DNA of 64,000 bases, taken from NCBI GenBank assembly GCA_950097015.1, contig CATNEN010000001.1, positions 26,350,001 through 26,414,000 on the forward strand, given 5' to 3'. Below, piece by piece: positions 45,301-55,121 of the stretch; position 1 is the stretch's first letter; each line of letters opens with the position of its first letter. The position numbers and the translations under genes were made by a program. Under the pieces are notes generated by a model. The model worked only from the letters and a program-made list of their open reading frames with translations. It was not told the origin of the DNA and ran no database searches. This DNA comes from Macrostomum hystrix (Eukaryota; Animalia; Platyhelminthes).

Positions 45301-47853
45301 ACTGCCATTCTCCCAGATTCCTTATTCACAACTGCCATTCTCCCAGATTCCCTATTCACAACTGCCATTCTCCCAGATTCCCTATTCACAACTGCCATTC
45401 TCCCAGATTCCTTATTCACAACTGCCATTCTCCCAGATTCCTCATTCACAACTGCCATTCTCCCAGATTCCTTATTCACAACTGCCATTCTCCCAGATTC
45501 CTCATTCACAACTGCCATTCTCCCAGATTCCTTATTCACAACTGCCATTCTCCCAGATTCCTTATTCACAACTGCCATTCTCCCAGATTCCTTATTCACA
45601 ACTGCCATTCTCCCAGATTCCATATTCACAACTGCCATTCTCCCAGATTCCTTATTCACAACTGCCATTCTCCCAGATTCCTTATTCACAACTGCCATTC
45701 TCCCAGATTCCATATTCACAACTGCCATTCTCCCAGATTCCTTATTCACAACTGCCATTCTCCCAGATTCCTTATTCACAACTGCCATTCTCCCAGATTC
45801 CTCATTCACAACTGCCATTCTCCCAGATTCCTTATTCACAACTGCCATTCTCCCAGATTCCTTATTCACAACTGCCATTCTCCCAGATTCCTTATTCACA
45901 ACTGCCATTCTCACAGATTCCTTATTCACAACTGCCATTCTCCCAGATTCCTTATTCACAACTGCCATTCTCACAGATTCTTTATTCTCAACTGCCATTC
46001 TCACAGATTCCCTATTCACAACTGCGCATTCCCAATTCAATATGCAGCCTGACAATGACTCTAGCCGTGCTCCCACAGGCATCAACGACGCCGAGCCATT
46101 CGGTCTGCGCTGGAAGCGGCTGAAGATTCCCCAACGCGGCGGTCCAAAATCCGCGGCCAGCGGCGGTCCGTTCGTCGCCATTGCCTGCTCCGGCGGCGGT
46201 CTCTACGGCCTCGGCAGCGGCGGCGGCCTGTGGCTGGTCGGCCCGGAGTCTCGAGTCGTCGGCTCCGCCGCATTCAACGCCGACTCGGAAGCTGCCGCGG
46301 CGCCCGTTGGCCTGGCCGGCATTGCCGGATGTCCTTGGAGCGGCGCCGGCGGAGCCATGTGGGCCTGGGACTCCAAGGGTCGCGTCTTTGCTCGGGTGCG
46401 TTGCGGCTGCTCTACTGGTGTGCGTGTGTTTTAGCTTAGGCCGTCTTAACTTCCCTTTTAGATTAACTGCCCTTCACAGTTTGGGTTCGCTGAGTGTGGG
46501 CGTCAGGCTTCAGGTCCTTCCCCTCTATTACAACCTGTAATGAAAGTTAACCGGTTAGAGACTGTTGAAGCCGCCACACCAACCCCAATTTCTAGAATTA
46601 GAGAAAGAATTTGTTGTTCAGTGCTCAGTCCGATTGTTGCCTTCCTTGGCCTGGGATTCGAACTCAACTGGGATTCGAAGTATTAGAAGCCCAAAGGTCT
46701 GATCTCTGATCTGCAACCTCTCTGTGTAAACTTAATGCCTTTCTGCACTAATTTCATAGCCTTCAAAATCCCGAATTCACCTGTTGCCAGGTGCGCCAGC
46801 CTTCCTCCTCCAACTCGCCGCTTGAATCCGCCTCGTGCCGCTGGCTGTCTGTGGCCGGGCCCGACATGCGGCAGCTCGCCGTCTCCGGTGGCATTGTCTA
46901 CGCCATCTGTCGCCGACTCGGCCGAGTCTACGCCAGGAGCGACGATCTGCTGAGCGGCGGCGGCGACTGGAAGCCGATTGGCTGCCACGGCAGGCGAATT
47001 GTGACTGTGGCGGCCGCAGCAGGCGGTCACGTGATCTGTCTGGATAGCGAAGGCCGCCTCGTGCGAATGAAGGTGCGAACGCTAGTTTATCATGTCATTA
47101 TCATGTCACAGCTAGTTTATCATGTCATTATCATGTGACAGTCAGTTTATCATGTCACAGCTAGTTTATCATGTCATTATCATGTCACAGCTAGTTTATC
47201 ATGTCACAGCTAGTTTATCATGTCATTATCATGTGACAGCTTGTTTATCATGTCACAGCTAGTTTATCATGTCACAGCTAGTTTATCATGTCACAGCTAG
47301 TTTATCATGTCACAGCTAGTTTATCATGTGACAGCTTGTTTATCATGTCACAGCTAGTTTATCATGTCACAGCTAGTTTATCATGTCACAGCTAGTTTAT
47401 CATGTCACAGCTAGTTTATCATGTCACAGCTAGTTTATCATGTCACAGCTAGTTTATCATGTCACAGCTAGTTTATCATGTCATTATCATGTGACAGCTT
47501 GTTTATCATGTCACAGCTAGTTTATCATGTCATTATCATGTGACAGTCAGTTTATCATGTCACAGCTAGTTTATCATGTCATTATCATGTCACAGCTAGC
47601 TTATCATGTCATTATCATGTCACAGCTAGTTTATCATGTCATCACCATGTCACAGCCAGTTTATCACACCTGTGTCTCTCCTCAAACGCTACTCCAGGAG
47701 CAGGTGGTTATCGAGGAATCGCCGCTGCCCTCCATTCTGCCCACCGCTCTCGCCAGCCGACCTTCCGGTTTGGCGCCGGCAGCCTCGGTGGCATCGCAGA
47801 GCACTCGCGCCAGGCTGTCTGGATCGGAGAGCGCAGACTGGGAGCTTGTGTGA
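38991..47853 (+). CDS. TECPR2: Tectonin beta-propeller repeat-containing protein 2 (TECPR2) orthologue, 9 coding exons, about 1584 aa
   Basis: Exons 38991-39380, 39651-40001, 40126-40557, 41123-43168, 43625-43959, 44697-45142, 46079-46395, 46791-47072 and 47698-47853 join in frame (4755 nt). The N-terminal WD40 region (LLVGTSVGSVHLL, KVFVGDRGG, LEEMSPIMKLEYCQRRLLVAS, GACFLP, LWLADHQGRLQA) parallels TECPR2/HPS5. Tectonin-type repeats (VWALCTDGQLYLCQGINDAEPFGLRW) and a terminal LIR-like DWELV support TECPR2. Confidence 0.85.
39395..39595. repeat. 15-bp minisatellite (TTCCCGAATGGGATA) in TECPR2 intron 1
   Basis: About 13 copies. Confidence 0.92.
39651..40001 (+). CDS. TECPR2: TECPR2 exon 2
   Basis: WD40 segment HRGSRISSIAVSLNCQKVFVGD. 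The exact acceptor is uncertain because of a CAG run. Confidence 0.8.
40126..40557 (+). CDS. TECPR2: TECPR2 exon 3
   Basis: GACFLP...AQPNWHLWLADHQGRLQANL; TTGCAG acceptor, CAG|GTCTGG donor. Confidence 0.82.
40985..41062 (+). mobile_element. Head fragment of the second SINE family
   Basis: GAGTGGTCTAACGCGTTCGCCTC...GTCCCTGAGTTCAAATCCGCGGCGAAGCCACATT. Confidence 0.7.
41123..43168 (+). CDS. TECPR2: TECPR2 exon 4 (low-complexity linker with in-frame repeat, then start of C-terminal propellers)
   Basis: 2046-nt open exon, TTCAG acceptor, GTGAGC donor. Confidence 0.72.
41945..42425 (+). repeat. 21-bp in-frame minisatellite encoding SKLQP(D/E)(D/E)
   Basis: About 23 copies of TCCAAGCTTCAACCAGA(T/A)GA(T/A), with no stop in the TECPR2 frame. 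Confidence 0.93.
43224..43583 (+). mobile_element. tRNA-headed SINE, second family, in TECPR2 intron 4
   Basis: Matches 25283-25373 + 25939-26231; (ATT)n tail. Confidence 0.88.
43625..43959 (+). CDS. TECPR2: TECPR2 exon 5
   Basis: GCCAG acceptor; phase-2 donor chosen to match exon 6. Confidence 0.7.
44000..44562. repeat. 17-bp minisatellite (GGATGTGGGATTTCTCT) in TECPR2 intron 5
   Basis: About 30 copies. Confidence 0.95.
44697..45142 (+). CDS. TECPR2: TECPR2 exon 6
   Basis: Ends VWALCTDGQLYLCQG (tectonin-like); GTGAGA donor. Confidence 0.78.
45190..46030. repeat. 30-bp minisatellite (CTTATTCACAACTGCCATTCTCCCAGATTC) in TECPR2 intron 6
   Basis: About 28 copies. Confidence 0.97.
46079..46395 (+). 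CDS. TECPR2: TECPR2 exon 7
   Basis: GINDAEPFGLRWKRL...MWAWDSKGRVFAR. Confidence 0.8.
46791..47072 (+). CDS. TECPR2: TECPR2 exon 8
   Basis: RWLSVAGPDMRQLAVSGGIVYAIC...GRVYAR...ICLDSEGRLV. Confidence 0.78.
47080..47667. repeat. 19/11-bp compound minisatellite (GCTAGTTTATCATGTCACA) in TECPR2 intron 8
   Basis: Starts about 8 nt after the donor and ends about 30 nt before the acceptor. Confidence 0.95.
47698..47853 (+). CDS. TECPR2: TECPR2 exon 9 (last) with C-terminal LIR-like motif
   Basis: ...SGSESADWELV-stop. Confidence 0.78.
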   Translation, partial: EQVVIEESPLPSILPTALASRPSGLAPAASVASQSTRARLSGSESADWELV

Positions 47854-48509
47854 TTTTTTATCGTTAGATTTTTTTTGCTTATGGAGGCCTTACCGTTGCG
47901 ATCAGAGATGAATATTTAATAATATATTTTCATTAAGATTTATCCAAGAGACCTCTTTCAAATTCACTAATTAAGTTTTCTTTCTGCTACAAGAAGGCTC
48001 ATTGCGAATTCCCATCGGATGCATTTTTGTTATAATCAACTGTTTCTTTTGTAATTTTTCTGTACTCGCATTAACCAAAGCCAGTGCAACCTATCGCCTA
48101 TATGGGAGACAATATTGTCAGCAATGCGTATTCCAGTTTGAGGGAACAATTTCTCGCTTTTAAGTTGAGACCAGTATATTCTGTTTTTTTCTTGTCCATT
48201 TTCGTTTAACGAGTAACTTTACTAATCAAAAAGGTAAGCCGCACTTGGTACGAGATCACGTGGCATTGTTTCTAGTGCGCCGCGAGTAGTATTTTGGCAA
48301 AGAATACACCGATTCCTCTATAATCCACTGTGCCTTGATTTGTTTCGCTTCAGAAATTCCGCCAGGCAGTTAAGTTTTTGTTCGCATCCATTTTATTGTT
48401 TATTTCAAACGCTTGTGACGTTTTTTCTCACTTTAACGTTAGTCAAATTCACATCGAAAGTGTTTTCGTAGCGTTAGAAACGTTATAACAGTTGAGTTTC
48501 CGTTCATGC

Positions 48510-49640
48510 TCACAATCCACAGTAGCCGTTCAGCTGTCGAATCTCGTCAGCGCCCAGTGCGGCTCTGGCGATGGCGTAGCAAACGAAGCGACCCTTCAGA
48601 GCCGCGATGGGGTTCGAGTTGTAGCCGAGGCGCAGGCACCTTGGCGGCCCCTGCGTCGCCTGGTTCAAGTCACCGACTCCAGCCACAGCCGTGCCGTTGA
48701 AGTAGAAGGTGGAGAAGTGGATTCCGGTGAAGACAGCGGCAGCTGACACTTCCTGTGGAGTGTCATCCTGTCTGAGCAGATTGCTTCCAGCTGACTGGGT
48801 TGTCTCAGTTTCATCCAACAGGTTGGTCTGTCCCGAGAACCAGTGACTCACGAACAATTTGCCGCTGGCGTCAGCGAATCGGTAACTGACTCTACCAGCG
48901 CAGTCGTGAAACGTGTGGTAATTCTGCTGCGTTGTACTCTGCCTCACCAGCCTCACAAAGAAGGTGAAGTTGTGAGGATAGTCCAGGTAGCTCGATGCCA
49001 AAGTGGTCCCGTCCGTGTCGACCTCGATAAAGTCCGATTTAGATCCGGCGAAATAAGCACCTTGGCTGTCCCGCGTCACCGCGCCTCTTGGAGTGGCGAA
49101 GTACTTCGCAGGATTGATCAAGTTGGTGTATCCCAGCCTGAAGTCCAACAGAACCAGCAGCTTGGATACCAAAGCAGAGCTTAGTCCTGGAATGCCAGTT
49201 GAAGCTGTAGGTCCAGTAGTTGTCGAAACCAAGCTACCTGTCTCAGCTGAAACCTCGTGAGTAGTCATGGAGGTTCCATGAGCAGCTGGCGTGACGGGTG
49301 GAAAAGCGTGCTTAACGAAGCTGACGCACCCGTCAGAGCCGCTGCTCAGATCCCAGCGAGAGGCCAGCTCGGAGCTGCTGCCATGGTAGCACTTTGAGCT
49401 CGACTTCGTGAAGTGAACTCCGGCGCAGAGATCGGAGCCGACACAAGCCAGGGCGCACTCCAGCAAATCCTTCGCCGCACTCTCAGAGCTCAGCGTCGCC
49501 AGGTTCACACTCGACGGGCACCTGGCGATGGATTTCAACGCGATGCTCACCTGGTTTGCCTGAACCACCGACCTCAGCTTCGGCAGTGCGATCATTATCA
49601 CCAGGAGCAAATTTAAAGAAAAAATTCTGCTTCTCGCCAT
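48510..49640 (-). CDS. Secreted PAN/apple-like + Ser/Thr linker + LamG/ConA-like protein, copy 1 (about 376 aa, intronless)
   Basis: Likely start MARSRIFSLNLLLV (ATG at 49640), signal peptide, ECALAC...CAGVHF...CYHG motif, C-terminal YFNG...LRLG...LKGRFVCYAIARAALGADEIRQL resembling the LamG_3/pentraxin-like terminus. TATA-like element near 49727. Confidence 0.8.
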   Translation of the reverse strand: MARSRIFSLNLLLVIMIALPKLRSVVQANQVSIALKSIARCPSSVNLATLSSESAAKDLLECALACVGSDLCAGVHFTKSSSKCYHGSSSELASRWDLSSGSDGCVSFVKHAFPPVTPAAHGTSMTTHEVSAETGSLVSTTTGPTASTGIPGLSSALVSKLLVLLDFRLGYTNLINPAKYFATPRGAVTRDSQGAYFAGSKSDFIEVDTDGTTLASSYLDYPHNFTFFVRLVRQSTTQQNYHTFHDCAGRVSYRFADASGKLFVSHWFSGQTNLLDETETTQSAGSNLLRQDDTPQEVSAAAVFTGIHFSTFYFNGTAVAGVGDLNQATQGPPRCLRLGYNSNPIAALKGRFVCYAIARAALGADEIRQLNGYCGL

Positions 49641-50695
49641 GTGAAATGCTCGGAATATATGACTATCTGTTGAGGAACCGCGCTCCGATTTTAATCCTAT
49701 AGGCCAGTCTTGTTTGGCTGCGTGCCTTATACTCAAAGTGCACTGATATTGGAGACATTTTTTATGCCTAAACACTTGATTTCACAATCCCCTTCAGACT
49801 AGTCGATTTCAGTCGCCTAGCAGGTAATTGTTGCTTTCTTTCTGGTCTTTTTAGGTGTTAAAACACCTCACTCTTACGCACATTGTTTGGGGGGAAGCAC
49901 TTTTCAAAGCGGCTCTAGACTGTAAGCTGTCACTTTGAGGACAATCGATGCCATTGTTTAAACACAGTAAAGCAAACATCTTTTGAATCGATTGTTCGGC
50001 CTCATCTTTTAAGCGAGAGCCCTGTCAAACCCACTATTCTGCATTGTTTAAAACGTTTAGGCCATTTACTTTGGTAAGAAAAATGTTGTTGCATAAAAGC
50101 TTTTCAGTTTCCGAAAGATGGACGGATAAGATGCAGCGCCGCCTAGACTTTAAAGTCTAGCTTAAGGCAGATTTTACGATCTCATCACCTATGCTTCAGT
50201 CCTAATATGAGCTATTCGAGTCGCAGTCCATATACTCATATAGTATCTCAAAAGTACATTCAACTAATTGGCATGTTTGCGAGTTTTTGGTCTCGAAAAT
50301 AAGCGAAGACGCTGATGCTGTCATGTGCATTTCATTGTCAATCTATATGTCTCCATTCTATCTTAGAAAGCATGAACCAGATCATCGAAGCAAGAAGGTC
50401 ATGCACGAGGACCTCAAGCTGGCAACCCATGACATCAAGAAACATAAGTAACTTATTAAATTGGAAACAAGCATGGTCGCTTGTATAGCATGTATATTTT
50501 CATATTTTACTATCGGGTTCTGCGCTCAAGCGATTGTAGAGAGGCACACGGTTGCATTTAGTTGCTACTTGAAGAAGACACTACGCGTCAGGACAATATA
50601 CTGACAGACATTATTGGCTAGACTTTGAGATGAGGAGAGGCGTTTGAGTTCAATGCACGGACTAATTTGCGAGTTTATAAAACCATGTACGAGTA

Positions 50696-51320
50696 TTATA
50701 GATAGATAGAGACACGCAGGAGCTGATCAGCTCTCGCACTCACGCGCTCGCGAAACAGACGGGAGGGGCAGGCAGTTGTGGCCTGAGGGCTGAGACCCAG
50801 CGCCTGCAAGTCATCCAAAAAACAGTCAGTCAGCCTCGCCTTGCTGGTGCAGGAGGATCCAACCAAAAGGGACTTGGTCGCCTCAGCCATGGCTCCGCAG
50901 GCAGCATTTGGCGGCGCCGGCGGAGGGTGACACTCAGGTCTGTAACGCCGGCGCGGACCATCAGGTCTCTAGACGGCAAGCTCTCGGGGTAATGCACGCG
51001 CTCAGGGCGTCGCGCAGCAGAGACCTGTAGATCGCGACCAGGGCTCGCTCTCGTGAGTCGGTCATCGGCACCGCTTCCTTGCCGAACAGTACGATCGGCT
51101 CCACGGCCTCGTGGAAGAGGCGCAACTTCAGGCCGTCGCTCGCAGCTGAGTTGAAGAAGTTCTTGAGCAGGTGCGTGGCGCGCCAGGCATGATTCCTCCT
51201 GTCAGAGTCGATGGAGTCCGGGCTCATAACTAGTGATCCAAGTCTTCGGACACGGAGATGACTTCTCCGTTGGGCAGCGTAAGTGCCGGGGCGGTATCAG
51301 TGCTCACATGCAGCACCTGT
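50696..51320 (-). mobile_element. Degenerate 3' fragment of an RTE-like non-LTR retrotransposon
   Basis: RRNHAWRATHLLKNFFNS...LKLRLFHEAVEPIVLFGKEAVPMT...YRSLLRDAL is the typical post-RT LINE region; frameshifted; short (TATC)n tail. Confidence 0.8.
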
Positions 51321-51439
51321 CTAGCTGCCATATAGTCGCTTAGCTTACAGATTCTGTGGTCTATGGACTGTGGGGGCGCCACACCCTAACACATTTCTAC
51401 CCCAGATAATGCTGGCACCATTTAGGGCAGATATCCAAA

Positions 51440-51562
51440 GAAGCTCAGCGATCTCAGCGACTCAAAAGGGCGGCCTTCACGATGGCGTAGCAAATGAAGC
51501 GAACTTTCAGAGTTCCTCCAGTAGGAGAGTTGCAGCCCAACATCAGTCACTGCGGCAAATCT
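51440..51562 (-). pseudogene. Relic 3' end of a fourth PAN-LamG family copy
   Basis: AGCTCAGCGATCTCAGCGACTC...GGGCGGCCTTC.CGATGGCGTAGCAAATGAAGCGA..TTTCAGAG matches 52150-52270 with substitutions and an indel. Confidence 0.85.
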
Positions 51563-52127
51563 AGAGATGCGAATCAGACCCATTTGCTAATGTAATGTGA
51601 AAATACGCCTTGCGCCATCGAGGATACTCTCTTGGCGATGTTGTCCGCCCCGTCATTGCCGCGTATTGCCGCGTATGCCTGTTTCGTCGATATATTAAAA
51701 ACGATATGCCCTGGACTCGTAACTAGCTGTCTTTGAACTCTTCCCGAAAGACACTTAAATTTCTAGCTTACATGTACCTAGTGGTTTGGAAGCTTCTACC
51801 AAAAACTGCTTCTCCTGTGGCTAAAAATCGAACTCACGAATACTGGAGCTTTCAGTATTCCTGGAATACCGCAGTCCATTAAACAGCTCGTAAAATAAAC
51901 TTCAGAAGTAAAATAAATATTACGCCATGCTTCTCAACGCAAGCCATTGAAAGAAGAAAACATTAAGCCAGAAAATGTTGAGTCTGCGGATAGCAGACAG
52001 CCAAGCACGCGCCTCAGTAGCATCAGTTGTAGCTAGGGGCGTATTGCTATGATAAGACTGATCATAATCAGGAACCATTTGGCTATTTGCTGCTATTCAG
52101 CAAACTACGAAAAACGAGCATCAGTCT

Positions 52128-53264
52128 TCAGTATCCACAGAAGCGGTTCAGCTCAGCGATCTCAGCGACTCCGAGGGCGGCCTTCGCGATGGCGTAGCAA
52201 ATGAAGCGACCTTTCAGAGCTCCTCCAGCTCGAGAGTTGCTGCCCAGCCTCAGGCACTGCGGCAAGCCTTGTGAGCCGGTCCCGGAGCCCTCAAAGCTGC
52301 CACTTTTAGCTGTTCCATTGAAGTAGAAGGTGGCGAAGTTTGGTCCAGTGAAAACGGCAGCAACAGAAACATCTTGGGGTACATTGTTCGTGGTTAGCAG
52401 ACCTGATGCAGACGACAGGAATGAAATCGTATTTGGTGCAGGTGAACCTGTAAACGAGTGACTCACGGAGAGCTGGGAGCTCTGATCCGAAAATTGACCT
52501 CTGATCTTTCCACTGCAGTCGTGAAACAGGTGGTAGCCCTGCTCATTGAAGGTCTGTCTGACGAGCCTCGCGTAGAAGGTAAAGTTGTGAGTATAGTCCA
52601 GGTAGCTGGTCGCCAGTGTGTTTCCAGCAGTGTCCACATCGATGAAGGCCGAGACGCTTCCAGGAAAATGAGCGCCCTGGGTGTCTCTCGAGACAGCGCC
52701 TTGAGGAGTGGCAGAGTAGATCGCCGGGTTGATGAGGTTCGTGTATCCCTGTCTGAAGTCGAACAGAATCACCAGCTTTGACCCGAGGGCGGAGCTCAGA
52801 CCTGGAACGCCGGATTCTGGAGACAAAGTCGTGGCCATTGAACCTTTCTGTTCTGGCGCTGAAGTCGTCATTGAAGCATCCGGGCTGGACATCAGTTTTG
52901 GAATGGCCAGAGGGACTTTTGTGGAGATAGGTGACATAGTTCTATAGCTGACGCAGCCATCGGAGCCGTCAGAGACGCTACTCAGATCCCACAGAGAAGT
53001 CAGCTCGGAGCTGCTGCCATGGTAGCACCTTGAGCTTGCTTTCGAGAAGTGAACTCCAGCGCAGAGGTGAGAGAGAACACAGGCAAGAACGCAGTCGGCC
53101 AGGTCTTTCATGTTTCCGACAGGCCACAATACAGTTAGTTTTGCAGGCGATGGACATTTAAAAATCCTGTTGAAAATAAGATTGCTTTGACCAGCTGTGC
53201 CGGACCTTGGCAGGATCAGAGTTAGAAGTAGAAGTGAATAAAAAGCTTGTCGCTTTCTCAGCAT
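52128..53264 (-). CDS. Secreted PAN/apple-like + LamG/ConA-like protein, copy 2 (378 aa, intronless)
   Basis: Clear paralogue of copies 1 and 3; signal peptide MLRKRQAFYSLLLLTLILPRSGTA. Confidence 0.85.
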   Translation of the reverse strand: MLRKRQAFYSLLLLTLILPRSGTAGQSNLIFNRIFKCPSPAKLTVLWPVGNMKDLADCVLACVLSHLCAGVHFSKASSRCYHGSSSELTSLWDLSSVSDGSDGCVSYRTMSPISTKVPLAIPKLMSSPDASMTTSAPEQKGSMATTLSPESGVPGLSSALGSKLVILFDFRQGYTNLINPAIYSATPQGAVSRDTQGAHFPGSVSAFIDVDTAGNTLATSYLDYTHNFTFYARLVRQTFNEQGYHLFHDCSGKIRGQFSDQSSQLSVSHSFTGSPAPNTISFLSSASGLLTTNNVPQDVSVAAVFTGPNFATFYFNGTAKSGSFEGSGTGSQGLPQCLRLGSNSRAGGALKGRFICYAIAKAALGVAEIAELNRFCGY

Positions 53265-54019
53265 TTTCCTCGTTTTCTTTCAGCGCTTCGTATGATTTAG
53301 GTTTAAAGATCACATGAAATAGACTTTGGTTTATCACAGAAACTATTTCGGTTCGTCTTGGTAGCGAAACGAAGTTTTTTGCGCACATTTAATTTTACAC
53401 ACGTTTGTACTTTTCCTTGTCCAGTAAATGTACTGTCACTCTGTTGTATCCAATGAAAGTCAGGGTATTCTCGGGAAGCAGCAGGTGACAGAATCTGTCA
53501 GTTGCTATGCCATTTTCCATTGTTGATTTGCTTTCATGTTATTGGTTCGCATTCTTCTGTTCGACTTTTCTCATAGCTGTCTATTGGGAGTTGATCTAGT
53601 CCATTGTTTTTTCCTGAATCAACAACGCTCCATCCATCTTTTCGCACTTCCTGTGGCTTTTCTGCACTTCCCGACACACAGTCTTCTCTGCCCAACTCTT
53701 GGTTCGGAAGAGATATTTCCTGCCAGCTTTGCTTGAGAAAGCTGGCTGTTTGTACGAGTGAGAACTCTTTCACATTGTCTGCCTTTCCAAGGTTTGCAAA
53801 CTTACAGTCACATGTTAGCGATTTTTCTTTGAAATTTCGTGAAGAAAATTGGATTTGCTAAACGTTGGTTCTAAATGTCTAAACACAGCTATAAAGCCTC
53901 AGGCATATTCGCTAGTTTAAAATTCATCCCTTTACTTATACTTGTAACCCATTTAATAATATTAATAAATGCAGGAATGCTGTGGGCAATGGTACATCAT
54001 TTGGTAACACTAGACCCCT

Positions 54020-54245
54020 ATGCATACGCTCACACAGGTGTGTACATCTGCCCTGACTTTCTCATCGTCAGGCAGTGTACACTTTCACTGTGCCTCTAAG
54101 GTTTGCCTTCAAGGTCGTAAATTGAACGACAAGCCCCCAAGTCTTCTCTCTGCGGCTGCGACATAATTTAATGTTGCCTCGCTGCGGAATCGAGCTCAGG
54201 GACCTTGGCTCGAGAGGCAAACGCGTTAACCGCTTCGCCACTCAA
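54020..54245 (-). mobile_element. Second-family SINE, inverted, 3'-decayed
   Basis: Reverse complement matches the head and CTGACGATGAGAAAGTCAGG body of the 43224 copy. Confidence 0.8.
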
Positions 54246-55121
54246 CCCCACCCTTTTACTTATTTATTACTGCAAGTAGCAAGTGCACCTCCGACTGGTT
54301 TGTGAAGTCTGGCACTGCATACAAGCATTCCGTTGCTCCGACATTTGGTTGCCTTGGTGTCTGCAGATTTTGAGTGTCTTTAAGGCTGAGTGTGCTGATC
54401 GTTATCGTGATGGCAGTATTCCATAGCTAGATGGAGTGGTTAACGCCTTAAGTCTCGCAGGGTCCCTAAGCTTAATACCACACGGACACCAAATGACGTA
54501 CCAGTGCTCATAGCCCCGTGGAAAAATACGATTATTTATTATTTACAGCATTTACCGTATTTACTAAAATATGTGCATGTAAAATTTTTACCATAGACTA
54601 TTTGTGCTGAACTGAAGCTCCGACGACTAGCTCAGAAGAAAGTTACCGGTTTTTAGGATAAAGTCATGTGGTGATGCTTTCTAAGAAGCTACGGCGGAAG
54701 CTGATCGTTCAACTTAAAAGAGAGCTAATCGAAAATCATTCATGAAATACAGTAAAATTTTCAATCATCCAGTACTTTGTTTCCTTTGCTGTACTGCAGA
54801 AAGGGACGCTCAGCAACGATTCATTCCGTGATCACCGCTTAGTTCAATATTAAAGTAAGACATGAAATAAAAAACTAATATACGCTTGTAAGAGACAATC
54901 AACATAATGCTTCGTGTGATTTGTTTAATTGAATTGAATGCGATAGAATGTTCGATACGTGGTTCGCACATTTTAGTTAGTTGTACTTTTCAAAAACAAA
55001 AACCAAAGAACTTTGAACGGCTTATATCGCATCAAATTTGCAATTGCGATGCTCTCTCACAATGTTATCGCATAATCACCTTTAACCAGTACAGCTCAAG
55101 AATATTGCAGCATTACAAGGG

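Noticed and set aside
44041-46181. Repetitive ORFs (WMWDFSGCGISL, HNCHSPRFLI)
   Set aside because: Intronic 17-bp and 30-bp minisatellites of TECPR2.
49641-49775. 45-aa N-terminal extension of PAN-LamG copy 1 in the ORF track
   Set aside because: Starts at a non-ATG codon and spans the TATA-like element; the paralogues start at the position equivalent to ATG 49640.
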